Positions 27,285 to 36,358 of a stretch of DNA of 64,000 nucleotides are shown here, in pieces. The stretch is from a virus (taxonomy: Duplodnaviria > Caudoviricetes). The notes beneath the pieces were generated by a model, which was not told the DNA's origin, did no database searches, and saw only the letters and a list, made by a program, of their open reading frames with translations. Position 1 is the first letter of the stretch. Every line of letters starts with the position of its first letter. The stretch lies in the IMG/VR virus record IMGVR_UViG_3300036805_000137, positions 1-64,000 of that record; one strand, given 5' to 3'. A program made the translations under genes and the position numbers.

Positions 27285-27558
27285 AGATGGTTCCTCCTGC
27301 TATCGGATGGTCTGTTTTCACCGCGGGATGTTTGTGCGCGGCGCGCGCCCGCGACTATGGACCCGCTGATGGTTGTTTGTCAAATTGCTTGTGTACACGG
27401 TTGCGCTGGGCTGACTAGACTCAAGCGCGTCTGTCTGTGTGGATACGTTGCCTGACATCTCCGGTGTCCCTGGCAGACCGGCACGCGGTATTGGGTTGGT
27501 ACCGTCTGCCCGGCAGGCCTCGCACTTCCCCCCACAGTGAGCGCGAGGCCTGCCCCTA

Positions 27559-28002
27559 TTACTGGCCCTCGCTGCCGATGGCACTGTAAGACTCCACTGC
27601 GTGCGCGTACTTGTGCACGGTGGCCTTGGGCTTGCGCAGCTGGTGGGCTACCCACATCCACCGGTCAGACTCTGGTTGATCTCCCCGGTGCGCGTAATCA
27701 TTGAACATCAAGTGCAAGATCAGCGACCGCCAGAGCGGAATGTTGGCCAGCCACTCATCAATAACCGCCATGGCTGCCTTGCAGTCGGTTTGGTGCACGC
27801 CGGTCACCCGGTCACCCAGCACGGTAGCCAGCGCGTCTGCCGCGGTGATGCCCTCTGCGTATATCTGGTCAGCCTCGATGGTGTTAGCCGGCAGTGTGTC
27901 GTCAGTGATCGATGCCGGCGATGCCGGCGCGGGCGGCTGGGCAGCCGGTGTGGCAGGTCGGTAGGGCACCGGGCTGGCCGGTCGCCGTGGCGTAGGAGGC
28001 AT
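27559..28002 (-). CDS. Putative regulator with C-terminal HTH, divergent from the translocase
   Basis: WMWVAHQLRKPKATVHKY helix-turn-helix-like segment; GGAG RBS. Confidence 0.5.
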   Translation of the reverse strand: MPPTPRRPASPVPYRPATPAAQPPAPASPASITDDTLPANTIEADQIYAEGITAADALATVLGDRVTGVHQTDCKAAMAVIDEWLANIPLWRSLILHLMFNDYAHRGDQPESDRWMWVAHQLRKPKATVHKYAHAVESYSAIGSEGQ

Positions 28003-28098
28003 GTCGGTCTCCGCTCGTGATTTACAGTCTGGATTCACAGACGTGAATCATGGCTATAGACTACCGAGACACGTGCCCCCGACCCAACCGGATATGCC

Positions 28099-30126
28099 AT
28101 GACGCTCCGCAATGATCACTCATCCGAGTCATCCCGTGAGCTCGTGCCGATGCACGCGGCGCGGCAGTCGGGCGCAGCGGAGCCCTACATCCCTGGGTGG
28201 CTGCGCAAGGCTGAGGCACACACGTTGATCCTCGACAAGCACCGGCTCTGGGCAAGCATCCAATATGCAGTGGATCCCTGGTACAGGATCCCTAAGGCGA
28301 TCATCTACTGGGCTGGCCGGGGGATTTTCGGTGCGCTGGGCGAGATCCGCTACGTGTGGTCCGGCGGGCTGCGGGTCATCGATGGGCTTTACGCGTGGTC
28401 GATTGCGATCAACCACGAAAGAGCCGCCGCGGTGGCCGTGGGGACGACGCATGCCTACCGGGGTGCTGAACGTCACGTCAATGTGCGGTCCCGGCGTGGT
28501 GCGGTGCTCTGGGCAGCCCTGGGGGCGGTGTCCATTCTGGGCTTGTGGTTGGGGATCTACTACCCGTCCTACGGCGCGCTCGCCGGCATCGGGCTGGCCG
28601 CGCTGCTCGATGTGATCGGTCGCCAGGGGAAGCCCAAATCTGAGGCACCCCCGCACACCCCGGTACCGCTGAAAAATGGCATGCCCACCTCTGCTCTCAA
28701 GCGCGAGATAAAAATCTTCCTAGAGGAGGAAGGGCTAGACAATGCCATCACCGTAGCCACGGTGCGGTTTGCTCCGCAGCGCCACGCCTACTACATCGAT
28801 CTAGTCACCGCAATAGCGATCAAGCCTGAGCTGTTGCGCGCTCTCGAGAAACGCATCTACGCGCCAGACCGCGCCATCAGGATAGTGATTGATCCCGAAA
28901 ACGCAGCGCTGCAGACACTGGTGGTCTCTACAGGCAACCCGCTGGCGAATGTGCCGGAAGCTCCGTGGATCCCGGCAGGCACGGTGTCTGGTTGGGATCC
29001 GCTTGATCTGGGGCTGTCTATCGATCCCAGCTGCCCCTATGAGCTCGTGCTGGTGATGCGCAATGTTCTGTTGGTCAGCCGTACTCGTGGCGGGAAGTCC
29101 GTAACTCTGTCTACTGTCATTGACAGATTGTCGGCTACCAGTGATGTGGTTACCTGCGCAGGGGCATTGATCAAATCTTCAATTTTTGATGCCTGGCGTT
29201 CGGTAATCTACAAAAAAGCCGAGAATGTGAACCAACTGACTGAGTTGCTGGAATGGTTGATCGGGCAGATTCAGCAGCGTGACCGGATGCTCAAAGATAT
29301 CAACTCAGATGATGATCCCAGCAACGATGTTGACAAATGGAATCCCACACTGGGGCCAGCCATCGTGTGCGTCCTCGATGAATTCCCGTGGATCGCGAAA
29401 TATGATGGAACCAAAGTTCACCAAGACAGCAAGCCAAATCTGCTAGATATGGTCGAGACCATTATGCGGACCGGATCCGGGTTGGGGGTGTCACTGGTAT
29501 TGGCCTGCCAGGCATCCGGTAATGAGGATTGGGGATCATCGGTTATCTACAAGCAAGCCAACGTCAAAATTATCGGTCCGTGCACAGAGCGGGATACCGT
29601 AGATCTGCTCGGTAAAGACAAACGTGATCAGGGTTATGCACCACACCTACTGCAACCAGCGGATGAGCACAATATCAATGATGCCGGCATGGCGATTGTT
29701 GATGGCCCTGGTTTCGGTTCCGACTTTGTGCGCAGCTACTGGCCGTTCAAGGTTAAGGCGAGGGCGATCCGCCGGGAAGCTGAATGGGCACAGCAAGGTA
29801 ACCGCCCAATGCTGCCGATTGAGTCTCATACTGCCCCGGTAGGTTACATAGATGCCGAGGAAGTGCCGCCGGCTCTTACCGCGGTGGAAATGGCATTACG
29901 CCATTATGGTGCCTCTATCCTATCCAGCGCGCTGGTTGTGAAGTACGCCAATGAGCAAGGGGATAAGTGGACGCAGGTCTCGCTGGCAACAGCACTATCT
30001 AAAGAGTCTCCCACAGTGGTTGTGAAAGCTCACAGCGGTCGCTGCCAGGTCAATAAGAAACCGTTGCAGTGCTATCACCGGGAAGACGTTGCCGCGGCTA
30101 TCAAAGCACTGGAGAGCTCGCCGTGA
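28099..30126 (+). CDS. FtsK/SpoIIIE-family DNA translocase (TraB-like)
   Basis: N-terminal TM pair; Walker A SRTRGGKS; Walker B VCVLDEF; GVSLVLACQ motif; C-terminal small domain. Confidence 0.8.
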   Translation: MTLRNDHSSESSRELVPMHAARQSGAAEPYIPGWLRKAEAHTLILDKHRLWASIQYAVDPWYRIPKAIIYWAGRGIFGALGEIRYVWSGGLRVIDGLYAWSIAINHERAAAVAVGTTHAYRGAERHVNVRSRRGAVLWAALGAVSILGLWLGIYYPSYGALAGIGLAALLDVIGRQGKPKSEAPPHTPVPLKNGMPTSALKREIKIFLEEEGLDNAITVATVRFAPQRHAYYIDLVTAIAIKPELLRALEKRIYAPDRAIRIVIDPENAALQTLVVSTGNPLANVPEAPWIPAGTVSGWDPLDLGLSIDPSCPYELVLVMRNVLLVSRTRGGKSVTLSTVIDRLSATSDVVTCAGALIKSSIFDAWRSVIYKKAENVNQLTELLEWLIGQIQQRDRMLKDINSDDDPSNDVDKWNPTLGPAIVCVLDEFPWIAKYDGTKVHQDSKPNLLDMVETIMRTGSGLGVSLVLACQASGNEDWGSSVIYKQANVKIIGPCTERDTVDLLGKDKRDQGYAPHLLQPADEHNINDAGMAIVDGPGFGSDFVRSYWPFKVKARAIRREAEWAQQGNRPMLPIESHTAPVGYIDAEEVPPALTAVEMALRHYGASILSSALVVKYANEQGDKWTQVSLATALSKESPTVVVKAHSGRCQVNKKPLQCYHREDVAAAIKALESSP

Positions 30127-30614
30127 GCCTGTTACTCACGGGTATCCGTGACCAGCTGATATTAGACACACTTGACCCGTATTGGTTCTGGGATCGGGTA
30201 GATGTCAGATCACCTGATGAGTGCTGGCCTTGGCTCATGGGATGCAGTGGTGATGGCTACGGAACCTTTCGACTACCAAATATACACTGCATACTACGTG
30301 CGCACCGTGTGGCACTTTTGTTAAAAATACAGCATCCGCTTAACGAGCTGCATGCACTGCATCATTGTGATAATCCGCCATGTTGCAATCCTCTGTGTCT
30401 TTGGTCGGGTACGAATAAAGATAACGTAGAAGATTGTATCGCAAAAGGCCGGCAGGGCAATCATACTCTGCGATTCACTGGTGCCCAGCAGGCAGGCATC
30501 AGACGTAGTTATGCCTATGGCCTAATCAGTATGAGAGGATTAGCAAAACGCCATAAAGTAAGTACGAGAACCATTCAGGACATTATTCATAGGACGGGTG
30601 GCTATGCCGGTTAG
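30123..30614 (+). CDS. HNH endonuclease
   Basis: ECWPW...GYG...RAHRVA...HHCDNPPCCNP.CL..GT..DN; GTGA overlap. Confidence 0.85.
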   Translation: MSLLLTGIRDQLILDTLDPYWFWDRVDVRSPDECWPWLMGCSGDGYGTFRLPNIHCILRAHRVALLLKIQHPLNELHALHHCDNPPCCNPLCLWSGTNKDNVEDCIAKGRQGNHTLRFTGAQQAGIRRSYAYGLISMRGLAKRHKVSTRTIQDIIHRTGGYAG

Positions 30615-30629
30615 AGCACGCTACGTACC

Positions 30630-30752
30630 TGTAGTGCCTGTAGTGGCCTGTCCCGTTTTCGCAGGTCAGAGCTTGATCATGTGTAGTGCCTGCGTAGCAT
30701 TTGATCATGATTGTAACGGGCAAGGGTCCTACACAGTTGATCTTTGTAGTGG
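30630..30752 (+). repeat. Direct repeats TGTAGTG(C/G) downstream of the translocase
   Basis: Copies at 30630, 30639, 30682, 30745 (and 31219); TTGATC also repeated three times. Confidence 0.55.
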
Positions 30753-30804
30753 GGCACACTGGCCCTTGCACACTGCGGACCCGCAAGGGGTTGGGTGATC
30801 GAGG

Positions 30805-31152
30805 ATGACTATCTTGCTGATGTTCGTGCTGGTGATCATTGCGGCACTGTCGCTGACCTGGCACATGGCGTTCGTGGCACACGTCGTGCTGCTTGCGCCG
30901 GCCGCCGTAGTGGTGTGGTGGGTGGACGTGACCCGGCGCCCGATCGTGCCCTGTAAGCACTGCGACAAAGGCCGTAGCTGGGATGGGAGGGGCGAGCACT
31001 TCGGTGAGTTCTGCCCTGGCGCTCTGCTCGGCATCGGCAGTTGCGGAGGCACGGGCAAGAAGATGCGTTGGGAGGCCCGGCTGATCTCGATCTTGGGTGG
31101 AGCTCGCGCGCTGCGCAACCTGCCTGAGAACATGCGAGGCGATGATGTCTGA
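30805..31152 (+). CDS. Membrane protein with DnaJ-like Cys motifs
   Basis: Two TM segments, then PCKHCDKG...CPG...CGGTGKK. Confidence 0.65.
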   Translation: MTILLMFVLVIIAALSLTWHMAFVAHVVLLAPAAVVVWWVDVTRRPIVPCKHCDKGRSWDGRGEHFGEFCPGALLGIGSCGGTGKKMRWEARLISILGGARALRNLPENMRGDDV

Positions 31153-31171
31153 CATTACCTCATCATACCCC

Positions 31172-31201
31172 TTGACATGGTGTGGTTGGCAAGGGTACTG
31201 T
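31172..31201 (+). promoter_or_regulatory. SigA-like promoter
   Basis: TTGACA-18bp-TACTGT. Confidence 0.6.
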
Positions 31202-31304
31202 TTGAGGTGTTGGAAGGGTGTAGTGCCCCTGGCAGGTAAGGGGGGTCAGATCACCGCCAACGCCTATGCGGTAGCCGCCAGCGGTTCGAGCGGGAGCGAC
31301 AGTC

Positions 31305-31565
31305 ATGCACAAGATCATCAAAGCCGCCCACAAATCGATCACCACGCGGCGTGCGATGCCCCAAATGTGGTTCGAGGCCAACATGGTTGCCAACATCGCA
31401 GTCCCGTTTTCTGTGTGGACTCAGAATTGGTACATGACGTTGCTCGCGATGATCCTGCAGCTGATCTGCGTCATGTGGTATCTGCTTGGTTACCGGCCAG
31501 TCCGCAAGCCAGCTCGCCGCACCGCAACCGCTGCCCCGCGAGCTCGCAAGACCAAGACTACCTGA
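31305..31565 (+). CDS. Small membrane protein
   Basis: Hydrophobic core, basic C-terminus, GGGAG RBS. Confidence 0.5.
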   Translation: MHKIIKAAHKSITTRRAMPQMWFEANMVANIAVPFSVWTQNWYMTLLAMILQLICVMWYLLGYRPVRKPARRTATAAPRARKTKTT

Positions 31566-31589
31566 CCGATAATTACCTCGCAAGTAGTC

Positions 31590-31631
31590 TTGACGTGGTG
31601 TACACGAACCGCTATCGTCATTCATGTCAGG
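31590..31631 (+). promoter_or_regulatory. SigA-like promoter
   Basis: TTGACG-17bp-TATCGT followed by ATGTCAGG. Confidence 0.65.
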
Positions 31632-31860
31632 CAATGAGCAGCCAGCTTGGGAAGGATCCGAGACAATGACCGCCGCTGAGATGACCAAAAACATCGGCAA
31701 AATCGGAGCTGTGCTCTTTCGCGGTGAGTGCTCCGTGTTCATGCGGATCGTAGATGCCAAGGTCAGTTACGGCACTCTCCGCTACGAGATCGAGCCGATG
31801 GCGGGCACCGGCCGGGTATGGATCGATGCCACCTCCATTGCCATCGCGCAGGAGAACTGA
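31624..31860 (+). CDS. Small SH3-like hypothetical protein
   Basis: VDAKVSYGTLRYEI...GRVWI; start may be ATG 31666. Confidence 0.6.
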   Translation: MSGNEQPAWEGSETMTAAEMTKNIGKIGAVLFRGECSVFMRIVDAKVSYGTLRYEIEPMAGTGRVWIDATSIAIAQEN

Positions 31861-31866
31861 TCTGTC

Positions 31867-33057
31867 ATGGCCGCCAGCACTCGCCAGCTGCGATCATACC
31901 AACAGAATGCCATCACCCATATCCAAGCCGAGTGGGCCAGCGGGATTGTTCGGACCGCGATTGTTCATCCCACAGGTGCCGGTAAAAACGACACGACCGC
32001 CAAGCTCTGCGTGGATGAGGTAGACAGCGGTGGGCGCGTGCTGTTCCTCGCCCATCGGGTAGAACTGCTGGATCAGATCATCACGCGCATCAGCCACTAC
32101 TCATCGCTGCCAGTTGGGCGGATTCAGGGAAACCGCAGCGATACCGACCACTCAATCGTGGTGGCCTCCGTCCAGACTTTGTGCCGGCCGAAACGTCGAG
32201 CCGCGCTCAACTGGCAGCCCACGCTGGTCATCATTGATGAGTGCCAACACAGCATGACTGACTCATACCTGGACATCGCGCAATGGGCTGGTTGTTTTGA
32301 CGGCCGGCGCACCAGACTGCTTGGCGTCACCGCCACTCTCAGCCGCACTGACGGACAATCTTTCGATGGTCTGTTCCAGTCGGTTGCTGATGTGATCTCC
32401 TATGACTGGGCATTCCGCCAGAAGTTGCTAGTGCAGCCCGTTGTCAGGCGCGTCACTCTCAACCGATTCTGGGATCGATTCAGCTTCCGCCGCATTTCCG
32501 CGGAGCAACTATTGCAGCGCAATGCTCAACGGGCCGCGGAAGGATGGGTGCGCAAGGCGCAGAATCGGATCACCATCGCCTACGCGCAGACTATTGCGGA
32601 GGCTCATCACCTCACCGCCGCATTTGAGAGCCTCCACGTTCCAGTTGCTTTGGTCATAGGGACGACACCATACGAGGACCGCAAACTCATCTACAAGCAG
32701 CTGGCCGCCGGCGAGATCAGAGTAATGGTCAACGTCAATGTGGCTACCGAGGGATTCGATTGCCCACAGGTGAGTTGCATTCTCCTGGCCCGCGCCACAC
32801 AATCAGCGGGACTATTCACTCAAATGATTGGGAGGGGTTTACGACCTTGCATTGATCCGGCAACACAGCAACCATGGACTGATCCCACTACCGGAAAGGC
32901 AAAAACCAATTGCCTCATACTCGATACGGTCGGCGCAACTTGGCAATTTGACCTAGCAACTCTCATTGATATCAACCCGCGCAATGTGCGAAAGGAAAAA
33001 CTCAGCATATTACAGAAAATCCAACCACGTAATCTGCTTTGGTTAGTAAAGTCATGA
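31867..33057 (+). CDS. SF2 DEAD/DEAH-box helicase
   Basis: LRSYQ, PTGAGKN, IIDECQH, GVTAT, TEGFD, QMIGRGLR motifs. Confidence 0.88.
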   Translation: MAASTRQLRSYQQNAITHIQAEWASGIVRTAIVHPTGAGKNDTTAKLCVDEVDSGGRVLFLAHRVELLDQIITRISHYSSLPVGRIQGNRSDTDHSIVVASVQTLCRPKRRAALNWQPTLVIIDECQHSMTDSYLDIAQWAGCFDGRRTRLLGVTATLSRTDGQSFDGLFQSVADVISYDWAFRQKLLVQPVVRRVTLNRFWDRFSFRRISAEQLLQRNAQRAAEGWVRKAQNRITIAYAQTIAEAHHLTAAFESLHVPVALVIGTTPYEDRKLIYKQLAAGEIRVMVNVNVATEGFDCPQVSCILLARATQSAGLFTQMIGRGLRPCIDPATQQPWTDPTTGKAKTNCLILDTVGATWQFDLATLIDINPRNVRKEKLSILQKIQPRNLLWLVKS

Positions 33058-33251
33058 AACGCGCAGTGTCCTACCTCATTGTTCTTATTCTACTTGCAAT
33101 TTCATTGGTTCAGTGCGGCGCACAATACTACTGTTATCATGATCATCCTGTGATTGCCGCATTGGGTGGATGTTCCTCATCAGGATCAAGCTATAACTCA
33201 TCTCACCGACACACCACGATACATCACACAAAGAGCTCTAGGAGCCGTTAA
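33054..33251 (+). CDS. Small membrane protein
   Basis: N-terminal TM helix; His/Ser-rich tail. Confidence 0.45.
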   Translation: MKRAVSYLIVLILLAISLVQCGAQYYCYHDHPVIAALGGCSSSGSSYNSSHRHTTIHHTKSSRSR

Positions 33252-33253
33252 TC

Positions 33254-33496
33254 ATGACTCGCATGCAGATCACTCACACACTCACATATGAGATCGAGGT
33301 AGAGGAGTACATCAAGGCCGCCATCAAAGAGGATGAACTAGCACCAGACGAAATCACATTGCCGGATGATTTGGATGTCATCGCCCATGATATCCCACTA
33401 ACAGAGGAGGAAGCACTGATTAACCGTTGGGCTCGGCATTGCGTGAAGATCACTGATGATGTCATTGTGTGGCACACAACCGAGGGAGAGAGCTGA
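33254..33496 (+). CDS. Acidic hypothetical protein
   Basis: AGGAG RBS, 80 aa. Confidence 0.55.
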   Translation: MTRMQITHTLTYEIEVEEYIKAAIKEDELAPDEITLPDDLDVIAHDIPLTEEEALINRWARHCVKITDDVIVWHTTEGES

Positions 33497-33505
33497 CCGA
33501 TATGT

Positions 33506-33868
33506 ATGACACAACTGCAGCCGGCTATGCGCGTCATCGCGCAAGGAAAGCAATGGCATACGGAGATACCACCCGAGTCAATGCCTGGCTCGCTGAGTCG
33601 TGGCGGTTATGGGATGGCCGATCAAATCTACGCGTTGATCCTACCGGTCTCACCTACTGCACAAATGAGTACCCACATCATCTGTCCTATCTCCGATCAA
33701 TACTACTTCAATCAGGAAGCGGAGATAGATGCCCTCATAGCCAAAGCTGAGGCTCTGGTCGCAGAGTCAGATTACATATTCGGTTTAGAGCTGCGCTTAA
33801 CTATGCGTGAGGCTTTAGAGCTGGCGCAGGCGCAAAACGTAGAGATATGTGAGGAGTCGCAGCGATGA
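33506..33868 (+). CDS. Hypothetical protein
   Basis: 120-aa ORF in a coupled gene run. Confidence 0.45.
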   Translation: MTQLQPAMRVIAQGKQWHTEIPPESMPGSLSRGGYGMADQIYALILPVSPTAQMSTHIICPISDQYYFNQEAEIDALIAKAEALVAESDYIFGLELRLTMREALELAQAQNVEICEESQR

Positions 33869-34062
33869 ATACGCGCAAGGTCACTACACGGAGCGGGGCC
33901 AATCTCACTGCCGCATGGTGGGATGAGATCGAGGGTATGGATGCAGATGTGGATTTACGCAATGTGCGCGGCATGACTCGAACACTGCGCCGCGGTTTGG
34001 TCGCAGCCCGAGATGACATCCGTACATCACGAGGCAACAAAAGGTACACCCGCCATGGTTGA
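33865..34062 (+). CDS. Small hypothetical protein
   Basis: ATGA overlap, GAGGAG RBS. Confidence 0.5.
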   Translation: MNTRKVTTRSGANLTAAWWDEIEGMDADVDLRNVRGMTRTLRRGLVAARDDIRTSRGNKRYTRHG

Positions 34063-34169
34063 AACACTGATATGGGTTGCGGCCCTCTGCGGATTTGTAG
34101 TCGGGGCAGTGGTATCTGTCAGTATCTTGATGTTTGTTTACGGGCTCTACTACCCGGGGAGGTCAGGAC

Positions 34170-34373
34170 GTGACAAAAATTAGCAATGGTGCTTTCTGGG
34201 TTACTACCATTAGCCTTGGCATCATTGTAGGTTGCGTGCAATGCATTACCCATAACCTGACACACCGGCCCATTGCAATGACGGCAGCCATGATTGCCAG
34301 CTGCATAGTTTTCATCATTGGCAATCTGTGGTTTCGGTACATCATGTTTGGCCCGAAAGAACGGAGGAAGTAA
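34170..34373 (+). CDS. Small two-TM membrane protein
   Basis: GGAGG RBS before GTG 34170. Confidence 0.5.
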   Translation: MTKISNGAFWVTTISLGIIVGCVQCITHNLTHRPIAMTAAMIASCIVFIIGNLWFRYIMFGPKERRK

Positions 34374-34837
34374 TGCCCGGGGGACCGCGATTCAGTGGAC
34401 AACAACAATCATCGCATCCGATACGCAGTACCGTGTGGGGCATTCTCATCCTTTTAGCAATAATTCATTTCCTCCCCGATGGTGGCGCCGGATACCAATC
34501 AAACACGCACTCATTGGGTAGTACAATTCAGGAGGGAGACGCACAAGGGTCATTGCCACCTGAATTACGCAGCAATCCCGGTGAAGTAAAGACATGGACG
34601 GTGAAAGCCCACCGCGGATATAACCCATCATTCGGATGCTGGACGTTACAACTCGATAGAATCACTGGCCCGCATGATGAAACCACCAGTGACTACTGCG
34701 CGAAAGACAAAGGTGATTACGACTCACATCCTGACGGCAGCCAATACGCAACGAAAGGGAGCGGGCTCGACAATCTAACCGGCCCGCATGATGGCAATAG
34801 CACACCCGATGACAGCCCAGTCACAAACAACACGTAA
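34373..34837 (+). CDS. Membrane-anchored/secreted hypothetical protein
   Basis: TAATG coupling; single TM segment then a polar domain. Confidence 0.5.
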   Translation: MPGGPRFSGQQQSSHPIRSTVWGILILLAIIHFLPDGGAGYQSNTHSLGSTIQEGDAQGSLPPELRSNPGEVKTWTVKAHRGYNPSFGCWTLQLDRITGPHDETTSDYCAKDKGDYDSHPDGSQYATKGSGLDNLTGPHDGNSTPDDSPVTNNT

Positions 34838-34850
34838 GGATTGATAGGCA

Positions 34851-35144
34851 ATGTTTGGTAAGAAAAACAGCGGCTGGGAGACTGAATTCGACCGACGTCT
34901 CGCTAATCCAAATGTCAAAAAGGACGTGATGAAAGGGGGATGGCGCGGGAGGGAAACCCGTGTAGAAGATGACAATGGTGTTATGCGCCGGCGCAATGGT
35001 GCCGTTTGCTGCGGTTGCGGACACGGCACTCACGACAACGCTAAAGACACAAGCAGAGTTGATTTAGACCAACCAGACTACACACCATCACATCATGACA
35101 CCCCTGATGACGATGGCCCAAAGATGTTTCTGGGTATCTTCTAA
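34851..35144 (+). CDS. Hypothetical protein
   Basis: AAGGA RBS; CCGCGHG motif. Confidence 0.5.
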   Translation: MFGKKNSGWETEFDRRLANPNVKKDVMKGGWRGRETRVEDDNGVMRRRNGAVCCGCGHGTHDNAKDTSRVDLDQPDYTPSHHDTPDDDGPKMFLGIF

Positions 35145-35166
35145 TCGAGGAAGGATTGACAGAAAA

Positions 35167-35682
35167 ATGAGCGATCAGGATAAGCGCAGAGAGCGACCAC
35201 CTACTACAGCTGATCCCATCATCATTGATACTGATGGCCATATTCTCGATGCAGCAACACCATTGGCCCATCCGCCGGCTGTCATCAGCCAACCTACACA
35301 AGAAACCACTAGGGAGCTCGTACCACCCGCGCCCGAGTTGGAAATAGTCCACACCACCTCGGTGCCGGCACGGATCAAAGATGCCGTTGTTGACGGCGAG
35401 GCGGTAATCATTATCGGTGCTGTGGTCGTGACAGGTGTAGGGATTGCAACGCTCGTGACTTTCATTCAGTGGGTGCAGGGCGCGATACAGACACTTGTGA
35501 ATGGGCTGCACTTTGTCGAGACTCATAGTGCAGTCATCATTGGTGACTGCGTATTAGCATTGCTGGCCGTGCTTGCGGTGCTTTACGTTCTGCAGGGTGG
35601 CGGTAAGGATGCCGGCACTGTTGTGGTGAAAGGATGTCCGCGAGGTCCAACACCCGGGGCTATCAAGATCCGTAGGCGATGA
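35167..35682 (+). CDS. Membrane protein
   Basis: GAGGAAGG RBS; Pro-rich N-terminus and two TM segments. Confidence 0.55.
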   Translation: MSDQDKRRERPPTTADPIIIDTDGHILDAATPLAHPPAVISQPTQETTRELVPPAPELEIVHTTSVPARIKDAVVDGEAVIIIGAVVVTGVGIATLVTFIQWVQGAIQTLVNGLHFVETHSAVIIGDCVLALLAVLAVLYVLQGGGKDAGTVVVKGCPRGPTPGAIKIRRR

Positions 35683-36356
35683 TTATGGAACGTATCCATG
35701 ATACTCAAATTTTAGCCTATGTTGATCCTGATTGGTTTTGGTCACAAGTTAAACAAAATGCACCTCATGAATGTTGGCCTTGGCTAGGAAGTACTAATGA
35801 GCAAGGTTATGGACGCGTAGCAGTCGGCCAACAACAACGAGCCCGGGCTCATCGAGTTGCATATCTGTTTGGTACTGGATTACTGCTCAATGAACTAAAT
35901 GCATTACATACTTGCGATAATCCTCCTTGCTGCAACTACCAAACTCATTTATTTCCAGGTACTCAATTGGATAACATAGCTGATATGGTAGCGAAAGGCA
36001 GAGAAGCTATCGGACCAACCAGACTTACAGCCAAAGAAGTGACTGAAATCAAACAACGATATGGTAATGGTGAGAGCGCTAGAATATTGGCTGAACTTTA
36101 TAATGTGCGGCCGCAACAAATAAGAAGAATTGCAAATGGTACCAGACGACGGCGGCATACAACACCCCTAATCACACCTGCATGGAAAACCCAAGGCTTT
36201 TACGGTCCACACACTAAAATCACACCTGCACAAGTAACCGAAATCATTACTCGTTATCAGCAAGAAAACATCACACAAAGAGCATTGGCAACTGAATACG
36301 GTCTAGTGCAAAGCTACATTAGCCGTATTGTCACAAACAAAGCACGAGGTAACTAA
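35679..36356 (+). CDS. HNH endonuclease with tandem C-terminal HTH domains
   Basis: ECWPW...GYG...RAHRVA...HTCDNPPCCN..HL..GT..DN; two HTH-like segments. Confidence 0.85.
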   Translation: MIMERIHDTQILAYVDPDWFWSQVKQNAPHECWPWLGSTNEQGYGRVAVGQQQRARAHRVAYLFGTGLLLNELNALHTCDNPPCCNYQTHLFPGTQLDNIADMVAKGREAIGPTRLTAKEVTEIKQRYGNGESARILAELYNVRPQQIRRIANGTRRRRHTTPLITPAWKTQGFYGPHTKITPAQVTEIITRYQQENITQRALATEYGLVQSYISRIVTNKARGN

Positions 36357-36358
36357 TC

